This document shows positions 1 to 10,173 of a stretch of 64,000 nucleotides of DNA, one piece after another (position 1 is the stretch's first letter; every line of letters starts with the position of its first letter). The stretch spans positions 4,030,001 to 4,094,000 of the forward strand of contig JBHGNT010000017.1 of assembly GCA_043228905.1 (NCBI GenBank). Reading direction: 5' to 3'. The notes beneath the pieces are model-generated. The model saw only the letters and a program-made list of their open reading frames with translations, was not told where the DNA came from and searched no databases. A program made the translations under genes and the position numbers. This DNA is from Azolla caroliniana (lineage: Eukaryota; Plantae; Polypodiophyta).

Positions 1-1
1 A

Positions 2-2113
2 CCTAATCATATCAGCTCAAATTTTCCTTTGTCTCGATCTGCGTATCCTTCCCTTTTGAGATTCTGTGGGGGTAATAAATCAATCGTAGAAGGAACGAAA
101 ATCTATGACAATATGGTGAGAAATGGGCACGAATCAGATCAGTTTCTTTCCAACCTTGTTTTGCAAATGTTTTGTGAATGTGGATTGATGAGGGAGGCTC
201 GAAAAATCTTTGGAATGCAACGAAAACATGATTTGTTTTCATGGAATTTCATGATCAAAGCTTGTTCTAGATATGGTTTGGGAAAAGAATCGTTGCAGTT
301 ATTCCACAAAATGCATAGAGAAGCTATGCTCCCTGACATGTTTATCTTTTCAACCTTGATTTCTGCATGTTCTAGTAGTATGGCTTTAATAGAAGGAAAA
401 AAACTTCATGCTCGTGTTATACTGGATCATTCTGAATTTGAATGTGTATTAGGAACTGCATTAATCAATCTTTATGGAAAATGTGGCTTCCCTATTGATG
501 CTCAAAACGCATTTGATAGAATGCATAAGAGAGATGTGGTCGCCTGGACTGCTATTATTGATGCTTATCTCCATGTGGGAGATATCAAAGAAGCATTAGA
601 ACGCTATGTGGCTATGTATAGAGATGGCATAATGCCTGATCTGTTCATCATCACTAGCATACTTGAAGCTTGTGCAAACCAGGTGAAGGATAGAGAGGGC
701 AAAGAAATGCATTCTTTTATTCGTGGAAGCTTGTTTGAAAAAGATGCTATAGTAGGAAATGCCCTCATCAATATGTATGGAAAGTGTAAGAATGTGGATG
801 ATGCAATAAAAGTTTTTGTAAATATTCCATTGAAAGATGTTGTTTCATGGAATGCAATGATTGTTGCTTATGCAGAGAATGGGTTTGTGAACCATGCACT
901 TGATTTGTTTGATGAGATGAGGCTTAAAGAGATAAAACCTGACGAGACAACCTATGTAAGCATTTTTTCCATATGTGCAACTTTTGGAGCAATAGAAAGA
1001 GGTAAGAAAATACATCTAGCTATATCTGATTTTATATTGGATTTGGATAATCTTGTGAGTGCTTCTATCATCGACATGTATGGGCAATGTGGTCTTTTGG
1101 CTGACGCTATTGATTTGTTTCAGAAATTGCCCAAGCATCATGTTAGTTTCTGGAATGCTCTTCTAGCAGCACATGCCCATATTGGCAATGGGATAGATTC
1201 AATATCAATCTTTCAGGAATTGCAGGCTGCGGGGATTTCACCCAACAAAGACACTTATATTAGTCTTCTCTCTGCATGCGGCAAGGCTGGGCTAATAGAT
1301 GAAGGTTATGGGTATTTTGAATCAATGGTTCGGGACAATGGAATTTTCCCTGCCATAGAACATTATAATTGCATGATCTACATGCTCGGTAGGGCAAAAA
1401 AGCTTAGTGATGCAGTTAATTTAATTGGTAAAATGCCTATAGAACCTAATATAGCCACATGGTTGACACTGCTTGCTGCTTGTAGGAACCATGTTGACAT
1501 AAAGCGAGGTGAAAGAGTCGCAAAGCATCTTTTCCGACTTGTACCACAAAATCCTACTCCATATCAGATGTTGTGTCAAATGTATTTGGCAGATAATAGG
1601 GATGCAGATGCTCTGAACATTCAAAAATTGATGAGAGACAATGAAGCAATCCAGGAGACATTGGATTGTAGTTCCATTGAGGTAAATAGCCTAATACATA
1701 CCTTCCTTGCAAATGATCAAACACATCCACAGAAAGATGAGGTATATTTAAAGCTTGCAAGCCTTAACAAGATGATGGCTCAAGAAGGTATAGAAAATAG
1801 AGGAGATAAGGTACCAGATGCCTTGGACAGTGGATATCATAGTGAAAAAGAAGGTATAGAAAATGGAGGAGATAAGGTACCAGATGCCTTGGACAGTGGA
1901 TATCATAGTGAAAACGTTGCTGTAGCTTTTGGTATGCTAAACACATCTTCGAAAACACGTATATTTGTCACCAAAAACTCAAGAATTTGTTCGCAGAGTC
2001 ACACTCAAATCAAATTCATCTCACAAAAATTTGATAGAGAGATTGTTTTGAGGGATGCAGTTTGCCTCCATCTTATGAAGGGAGGTGTTTGCTCATGTGG
2101 TGATTATTGGTAA
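2..2113 (+). CDS. PLS-class pentatricopeptide repeat protein with E1/E2 and C-terminal DYW domain (organellar RNA-editing factor family); 5'-partial, no introns in the visible part
   Basis: The frame is open from base 2 (the track's start at 29 is TTG). Repeated P/L/S motifs (DLFSWNFMI, DVVAWTAII, DVVSWNAMI, LINMYGKC), a P2-L2-S2 triplet (EHYNCMIYMLGRA), E1 (ATWLTLLAAC), HSE, and the terminal CSCGDYW*. Confidence 0.95.
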   Translation, partial: PNHISSNFPLSRSAYPSLLRFCGGNKSIVEGTKIYDNMVRNGHESDQFLSNLVLQMFCECGLMREARKIFGMQRKHDLFSWNFMIKACSRYGLGKESLQLFHKMHREAMLPDMFIFSTLISACSSSMALIEGKKLHARVILDHSEFECVLGTALINLYGKCGFPIDAQNAFDRMHKRDVVAWTAIIDAYLHVGDIKEALERYVAMYRDGIMPDLFIITSILEACANQVKDREGKEMHSFIRGSLFEKDAIVGNALINMYGKCKNVDDAIKVFVNIPLKDVVSWNAMIVAYAENGFVNHALDLFDEMRLKEIKPDETTYVSIFSICATFGAIERGKKIHLAISDFILDLDNLVSASIIDMYGQCGLLADAIDLFQKLPKHHVSFWNALLAAHAHIGNGIDSISIFQELQAAGISPNKDTYISLLSACGKAGLIDEGYGYFESMVRDNGIFPAIEHYNCMIYMLGRAKKLSDAVNLIGKMPIEPNIATWLTLLAACRNHVDIKRGERVAKHLFRLVPQNPTPYQMLCQMYLADNRDADALNIQKLMRDNEAIQETLDCSSIEVNSLIHTFLANDQTHPQKDEVYLKLASLNKMMAQEGIENRGDKVPDALDSGYHSEKEGIENGGDKVPDALDSGYHSENVAVAFGMLNTSSKTRIFVTKNSRICSQSHTQIKFISQKFDREIVLRDAVCLHLMKGGVCSCGDYW
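1782..1914 (+). repeat. In-frame 66-nt tandem duplication inside the DYW domain
   Basis: Units start at 1782 and 1848 with one internal mismatch (aataga/aatgga). They encode EGIENRGDKVPDALDSGYHSEK and EGIENGGDKVPDALDSGYHSEN. Confidence 0.97.
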
Positions 2114-3966
2114 CTTGTTGTTTCAATGTGAGGGATGAGTGTCTCTCACTCTGTTCGTCTGCTCACACTATACATCCTGCAATGTCACACATATAATGTG
2201 TAATGATCATTCATTGCAAGCATGAATATCTTGCCAAAGGCCATGCTTGAGGAGAGCTTTCTTTCTTTCGATGTGGATGACCAGGTTATCATAACAAATC
2301 ATTTTTAAAGAGTTTATCGAGGCCATCATATGTTGCAGGAATTTCTGTTTAAGAAGATAATTGTCACTGAAATTGATAAGAAAGTGAAGAGATGTATGTG
2401 TACATCAAAGTCCCATGAATGGTTGTTTGGGAAGAGATTCATTCCTTAACTGCAGAACAAGGTGAAGGTATATGTATCGTACAGGCTTCAGTGGTTGCTT
2501 TACTTGGAAAGAAATACGTGCATTACATATAGAGCAAGTTGGCGAGAGATGTCTCTTATAACCTTCATATTGCGGTCATTATGGATATGGACTTTGTGAT
2601 TCCATGGAATGCTTCAAGATCTTTTTGTGATTATATTATTGCAACTGGCATCAATGATGAGAAATGCTCTATTCTCGGCAATGTAAAATTTGCGCAATCT
2701 CGGTAAAATTCTGCAAACAAATCATATTTTCTGTTTACTGAGATTTTTATACAAATCATATTAGAGCTGTTTATATGCATATGCACAAACAGCAAATTAT
2801 TCTTACCACCAATCCAAGACATGCCGAAAATCATGTATACACGCACCATTGTCATCAATGAAAAGCAATGATGATGTATATATAGCAAACATTCAACTAA
2901 GGAAACTCCTGAGTTTGCCATTCTCCATGGTGTGCTCTCAACATGTGATCAACACTTGTATATTGTAACTTAATGTCAGTGCAATATCTATTTTCATTGC
3001 CTGCATTTAAAGAATTACCTACTACACACACACACACGTGTATGTATATATGTAAAATTAACTATATTCCTGTTATCTTATACTAAAAACAAATCTATGA
3101 GGTTATTAAGATTTAATTTATTAATTGCTCTCTATTTGCCAAGTGAGATAGTGTCCTAATTAGTACACATAGTTAAGAAATTGAGTTTGCTAATTATGTG
3201 TTTGGTTAAGTATCTTCCCAATTAAGATAATTATATGAAAGATTAATTTGCTAAATTTGCCTCTAATTAAAATATTCATTTGGTATTATGACATGTCCCA
3301 CCATTTATGTGACACCCAAAACCACGTGATTAAAATATGACATGTTAACCATTAAGAACAAGTTCATTAGTAGGCCATATTTTTTTATTATTTGAAATAT
3401 TAGAAATAAGTATTGACACAAGTTAATTCTTCAATTCTTTCATTATTGATTAATGGCCCCTTCAACTTCAATTTTCAATGTGTTTTGGCACATGTTTGAA
3501 CAAGTGTGATGGCAAGTAATCGCCCTCTTGGTTGCAATGGTTGTCCGAACTTTGATCTTCGACATCAACCAACTGCCCCGTAGTACCAAGAATTAGCTTG
3601 CCTATGTAAACTCAATATTTTTCAAACTTAGGTCCATGTTGGGTTGCTCTCCATTTCAAGCCATGGAGGGTACTTTCCAATGTGAATGAGTAAAACATCG
3701 ACTCATCATGTTCTTTCGTAATTCCAATGTGGACAAATGAAACATCGACTCATGTTTCTCTATTTTAATATAGAATGGTTCAACAATGTATTGTACCAAG
3801 ACATTTAATGCAATCAAATTTCTCTTGAAGGAAACTAGATCCTATGTTATTGTCCTTCATATTGTGGTTCCCAGCCTAAAAGCAAATTAAGACAAATTAA
3901 TGGAAATGAATGACTAACAAAAAAATTGGAGACTTGAGGTTTTGGCTCTATTTGAATTCATAGGAG

Positions 3967-4375
3967 TGGATGATGAAAACAACATTGTCTTTTGTAGCAA
4001 ATGAAATTTTTCTGTAAACAATGACCAAATAATTTACAAAGTAGTCGTTGGCCTTTTCAGTCCACTTTTATACTCTATCTATTTCCTCATGAGGGGAAGA
4101 GGTACTATAAGTGGTGTAAAGTCTTTCCTCGAGTAATATCGTTATTGGAGTGGATCAATTAGGTCTTTTACAAATACCTAATTCATAGTAATGGATGATG
4201 AGAACAACATTGTCTCATGTAGCAAGTGAAATTTTTCTATAAACAATGAACAAATCATTTACAAAGTTGTCTTTGACGTTTTGAGTCCACTTTTATACTC
4301 TTATATGTCCCTCATGAGGGGAAGAGGTACTAGAAGTAGGGTAAAATCTTTCCTCTAGTAATATCATTGTTGGAG
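3967..4375. repeat. Diverged direct duplication (about 184-bp block, 225-bp period)
   Basis: tggatgatga(a/g)aacaacattgtc...cctcatgaggggaagaggtacta...ttggag occurs at 3967-4150 and 4192-4375. Confidence 0.85.
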
Positions 4376-4506
4376 CAGAATACCTAAAACTTCGTTTGCA
4401 TTATAAATCTTTCCATAAGCCAAGGACTGAAAACAATACCATTGCCTTAAGGTGATCACAATAAGTATAAATATATTTCCCCACACTCTTATTAATACAT
4501 TCTAGC

Positions 4507-4880
4507 TAACAACCGGCAATGGTTCGGTTCGGTTCGTGAGTGTCCAAACTGAACCGGTTAACAATTTTGAAACCTAACCATGAAACCATTAACCGAACCG
4601 TTCGGTAAAAATTCAAACAGTATAACCATCAAACCACTAAAACCCCGGTTTGTAGTTCGGTTTCGATTTTCAACTTAGGGATCAAAATTCAAAAGATTTT
4701 TCCTAAAAGGTGAGAATCGGGCTTAAAAATGAAAAGGTTGTTTACAAGAACAATTTTAACTTTTTTAAAATATTTAAAAACCAACAAACAGTTTTAACCA
4801 AACTGAACTAAACCGTTTTAATCGTCAAGCCGCGGTTTCGCGGTTCGGTTCGGTTCAAACCAAATTGTTGCTGATTTTTA
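4507..4880 (+). mobile_element. Non-autonomous hAT-superfamily MITE, copy 1
   Basis: Perfect 8-bp TSD ATTCTAGC at 4499-4506 and 4881-4888. Imperfect TIRs of about 18 bp (taacaaccggcaatggtt / aattgttgctgattttta), dense subterminal ggttc/aaccg motifs, no coding capacity. Confidence 0.88.
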
Positions 4881-5668
4881 ATTCTAGCTATTACACCAGA
4901 ATATGTAGCCCAATATAATTAGTTCACATAAAATATACACATTAAAGTTTTATGAGAACAAAACTCATGAATAATCTTGAACTTCTCTATAACTTCGTAG
5001 AATATTCTTGGACAACCATATGCCATGTGCGGTTCTTTAGAAATTGTCCAAAAATATTAAAAATATTCTCATGTTGCCCTACTATGTAAAAGTAGTGTGC
5101 AGATTATCATAAGCAAAAGTGGTTCCTAGAATCTTGAGTAAAGAGATTTCGTATAGCCTCAAAATGCATTAACCACTTTAGGCCAACTACTCTCACTACT
5201 CCTGACAATGGGCCAGTGGCAAAAGATTTTAAACCTCCGTCGACTTTTATAAAACTTTTTACACCTACTAGCTTTTAAATTTAGTCATCCTTCAACCTTC
5301 CACATTAGGAACTCCCAACACCCACAAGATTCAAACCTCTCCATTACTTGTGGGTGGATTAGCTATATACTGAAATTACAATACATTGGTTGTTGATGTG
5401 TCGTGAGATTATTTAATGCTTGTGAATCTGTGATCAATAATTTTGTCAAATGTTGAAATAATTGATACTTGGGTATGAGGGGGCAAAGAAATCAAATCTC
5501 AGAAACCCTTGTGTGATTGGCACTAAAGGACAAATTAATATCCTTCAAGAAAACACATATGAGGTAACAAGCCATATTGCTAAAAATTATATTGTCCAAA
5601 CACTATTAAATAAGACTATGTTGCATATCACCATTACAAAAATTATCATTTGACCTACATTATTAATA

Positions 5669-7474
5669 CTAAGTGCTTCGAACAACTTGTATAAACTTTT
5701 CTATATCATCATGTGATGTGCCACCAACTTGTATTGCTTTCCTTGCAGCATCTCTAAGGCTTTCAGCTCGTTTTCTCATTTGTCGACCTTCTTCTTCATG
5801 GAAAAGAACCTTTAGGGCATACTTCATGTCATTAACCTCTAACTTGTTTTTCTTGATCATGTCGCTTTGGCTTTTAATTCGTATTCCAATCTTCCATATG
5901 TCCACCACAAATTTAGCATTTGTAACTTGATCCATGAGAACTGGGTAAGGAATAATGGGGATTCCTAGGCTAATACTTTCTAGTGTAGAGTTCCAACCAC
6001 AATGGCTAAGAAAGGCACCTATAGAAGGATGTGACAATACATGCAATTGAGGTGCCCAAGGGACAATAAGACCGTAGTTCATTGTGTCTTGAACAAAATT
6101 GTCAGGCACGATATCTGATAAGGAAGGTGCAGACACACACTCTCTAACAACCCAAAGGAAAGGTTGCTTCGAATCTAAGATGGCAGTGGAGATGGCAAGA
6201 AGGTCTTCAAGTGGAGGAATAAAGACACTTCCGAAAGAGATGTATAAGACGGAGCGAGGGGGCATTTTGTTGAGCCATTCGATGCAATCAAAGTTCTTTC
6301 GGGTCAAACTAGATCCTTCTACACGAACACCATCCTTTGAACTTGGGTCCCCATCGAGAAGCAAATTATACGGACAACTGGGGCCGACAAAAGAGAGGGG
6401 GACACGTGGTTCTATGTCTAGCCGCAACGCTTCCCACGTTTCCTTTTCGAGCTCTACATAAGAGTTGATGAGGATGGCGGTGTATTCGTGCAACACATCG
6501 AATTGGTGTAACATGAAGGATAAGAAGGTGTCGGAGACATCGTCTACTCGTAGCATGGTCGGGAAGCTAGTGCGTTCCATGGGGGGTAGACCGGGGAGGT
6601 CTGAAAAGGTGTCAACAACGTTGTCATGGTCGTCTCCGGTTAGGCTATCTAAAGAGACAAAACAAAGACGGGAACCCGACATTGGGGGTTTCCATTAAAA
6701 CTTGAGTGTTGAGACATGAGTTAAACTTAGAGACATGACTCAAACTTGAGACACGACTTAAACTTGACACATGAGTTAAACTTGAGACATGGATAGAGTG
6801 TGTGTTGGGATGGAGGATGGTATTTTACCTTGGGGTTTGGGCGGGCGGTCATAAGGGAAGAAACCGCGGGCTACGAGGGCGGTCCTCGTGTGCCGGAAGA
6901 TGGAGAAGACGGCGGCCATCTGAGTCCAGAAGAGCACGCTCGGGAGGCGGAGATCGCGTGCCATCCGGTGGACCCAATCGCTGCAAGTGCTGGAAATGAC
7001 GGCCGTGGCGGGCGGGCTCAGCTTCGGGATGGCCTCTCGGATGGCCCCCTCCATTCTCACAAGGGAATCTTGGACAGCCTGCATGACATCGGATCCCATG
7101 AAGTTGAAGTCGTGCCGGACCGCCTTGTCCACCCATCGGCCATCGTCGACCCACACGAAGCGGAGCCGCCCATCATAGAGACTATATGTGGTGCTGCTTT
7201 CGATGTCCTTTCCACCTAAGCCCAAGCCCGTGGCCAGCCGCAGGTATTGTTGGCGATTGGCGAAGATAGAGACGGCATCCACGCCGTGGTGCGAGACCAG
7301 GGCATGGGCTAGACTTACCATAGGATTGATGTGTCCTTGAGCCTGGAAGGGTATCATCACCAAATGCAATGGCTGGCGGGGAGGAGGAGGATTATCGGAA
7401 GGCGAGGATGGATGACCGGAGCCCGCCGATTCGCTCCCTCCGCCGCCACCGATTACAGGGGAAAGATCAGACAT
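5669..7474 (-). CDS. Family-1 UDP-glycosyltransferase, 2 exons (7474-6829, 6648-5669), about 541 aa
   Basis: N-terminal PFQAQGHINPM with the catalytic His, and the PSPG box WAPQLHVLSHPSIGAFLSHCGWNSTLESISLGIPIIPYPVLMDQ. A phase-1 GT-AG intron joins track ORFs 6776-7747 and 5669-6682 in frame. Confidence 0.93.
6697..6791. repeat. Intronic minisatellite (18-20-bp unit, aaacttgagacatgagtt) in the UGT intron
   Basis: About 5 imperfect copies visible. Confidence 0.8.
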
Positions 7475-7570
7475 GGTGGCTGCTAATTGGATTGGAAAGG
7501 GAGGGAGTGGGGGGGTGTTGTTGTGCACGTGATTTGTGTTTATGTGTGTGATGACTGTTTTGTTTTGCTG

Positions 7571-7690
7571 GAGAAGAAGAAGAAGAAAGAGGAGGAGGAA
7601 GAAGAAGAAGAAGAAGAAGACTTGGGAAGGAGGCCACGACTTGGGAAGGAAGAGGAAGAAGACTTGGAAGAAGAAGAAGAAGAAGACCTG
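7571..7690. repeat. (GAA)n-rich simple repeat upstream of the UGT start (likely 5' UTR)
   Basis: Runs of gaagaagaa separated by repeated gacttgg(g)aag. Confidence 0.8.
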
Positions 7691-9782
7691 GCAATCAGGC
7701 CACTTGGGATGAGGCCACTTGGGGGGCTCTCTCTTCCTCTTGGACACCCAAATCTATATATATATGTATGTATGTATGTATGTACATATACATTAATGGG
7801 CCTCTCCCTCCACATCTTCATCCTCATGAGTCATAGCATATACGTATGCGCATACGTGGATGGATGGACAATATTCCTCGAGAGTTTTGAAAGATGTTGT
7901 CCTGTTTTTATTTTTTTCCATGGACGTGATCAGCAAAGGACCGTAAGAAAAAGAAAAAGAAACCCACAGGAACGAATGGGCCCGCACAAACAACATATGC
8001 GTGAATGAAATCCCGATAGTTTACTCTTAAACTGCAAACATTGGACGAACCGCGACCCTAGAACCCGAAGGCCCCACACCCCAAGCAAGTGGTTCTATCT
8101 GTTTTTCTCTCTCCCTTTGCAACAACCAAATATGGCTTTGAGCCACTTTAATGCTTTGAAACAAGCTCTAGACGGTGGCGAGATATACTCAAGTGTGAAA
8201 CATGCATTGGCTTGGGTTTTGATGTCTGAGCATCTTGTCAAAGCAAAGCAACGAAACATCAAACTTTAGAAAGCAAGTCATGGTTAGGGTGCACAAAAGA
8301 AGCACCTCATTTTGGGAAATGTACATGCTTCAAAGTTCGTGTCCTCTAAGTACCCATTGCAATAAATACATTTACGGAGGAGTGCCCATTCCATCAAATA
8401 ACCCTTCACATTGTCAGGACACTTACTACCAAAAGTAGAGTAAACATTTTGGGTAAAGATTGTAAGTGGTTATGTGTGGTACATTATTCTATTGAGCTCC
8501 TTGAAAAGGGGGATGTCGAGTCACATATTACGTCTACAACGTATCTTTCCATATTGATATAAAGTTGGAAATAGACATGTCAAGTAATGCAATTGATAAC
8601 CTAGTGGTAATGCATGTGTGGAGACTGAAAGTTTGTTTAGATTCCCTACGAAAGACATTCAAAAAAGGGCAAGAGCATATGCATGGTTAAGAATCAAGAT
8701 ATATTCAATATATTCCTTTATTCAGAATTGGTTATTAGGAATTCACTATTCCCCCCCCCCCCCCCCCCATGTAACCATCTCTAGCTAAATTCTTTTCGTC
8801 GACATCAAAGGGTATATTGGTTAACATATTGAGAGGGTGTTCACAACAAAAACGGTTAAAGCAATATATTTAGAATATAATTAACATAAATGAAGCAAGT
8901 GGTCATCATCTCGTGACTAAGACCATTGTATTCTAAACTCAAAGATTCCCACCAATGTGGATTGAAGATGTGGTGTGGTTCTTCATCCTCTAGCAACTTG
9001 CACTCATATGAGTCAACTTCCTATTAATTCCATGACTTGTGCCATATAACAATGATAGTTTCAATTCTTCATAAATAAGAGAGGCATTGAACTAACGCTT
9101 TCACTTTCTTATCCTGCCATCATTTTGGTGGATTGTCTCACGAGTCACAACCAATCCTTCGATGGTTGGCTACAAGTTTCCTTGAACCGATTTTTTTTGC
9201 ACCTTCTACATTAAATAAGTACATTTGACCTTTTATAAAATTCTCTTTCCGAAGTATAAAGGTTTTCTTTCTTTTGTTAGAAATAGTTTGTTGCTAATAA
9301 ATAAAAAGTCACTTTATACAATGATACCCCTAGTTGTAGCTCCGACATTAAACGTGCACATTTGGCGTAATGCAAACTTCCCCTTGGATCATTTAGGAAA
9401 TTTTCTTTCTTTCATAAAAATAATTTGTTGTCAATAAATTAAAAGACACTTTATGTAATGGTACCCCTCAACAATATGCCCCTTGTGTTGATCATGAATT
9501 GAAAATACAAGTGATAAGCAATGAATATGTGGATTATGAAAAGAAATTTCAAATGCGCTTAGCAACACTGACTTGTATTAAGAATCACATGAGGGCAACA
9601 TGTGGAAACACTAGGTTTGAAAATGATTAGGGTTGGCCAACAAACACACTCATAGTCAAAGATCAAACATAATTGAAATCACCAACTTGATAAGATAAAC
9701 TCGGCCGATTAGTTGTTGAAGGCAAGGGACCAACACCAAATATGAGCAATTACGATATATATTTCCAAGGCCACTCACAGAG

Positions 9783-10173
9783 TCACAATTATAGTGATGT
9801 CATAAAGTTAACTTTACCTAAATCTATTAGTATTATTATTGTTGAGACATAAAATTGATTCCCTACTAGGGTACACAACCCGATTGTCTAGGGGTCACGT
9901 TAGAAGGCCATAAGCGAATAGAAAAAAGAAAATGATGGGATTAGAGGAATTTTTAATCATTTGATATTTGAGCATTTTATAACATGTAACATAAGGGCGA
10001 GTTTCGTCAAATCATATAAGGAGGACTAGCACTTTTCACAATTATAGTGATGTCATAATGTTAACTTTAACCTAAATCTATAAGTATTGTTGGGGATTTC
10101 TAATCATGTGATTTCAAGCATTTTATAGCATGTATCCTAAGTGTGACTTTTGTGAAATAATATGAGGATTGGC
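9783..10173. repeat. Mosaic local duplications, probably degraded TE
   Basis: tcacaattatagtgatgtcataa...cctaaatcta at 9783 and 10036. A second block (taatcat.tgat...agcattttata.catgta) occurs at about 9945 and 10092. Confidence 0.6.

Noticed and set aside
5319-5356. 10-bp inverted repeat cacccacaag/cttgtgggtg with a B-box-like sequence on the minus strand
   Set aside because: No convincing A-box, tail or TSD, so it cannot be called a SINE or RNA gene.
7475-7747. Poly-Phe/Leu N-terminal extension of the UGT ORF and the overlapping poly-Glu ORF 7487-8008
   Set aside because: Translations of a (GAA)n repeat. The extension starts at GTG, and the first plausible ATG is 7474.
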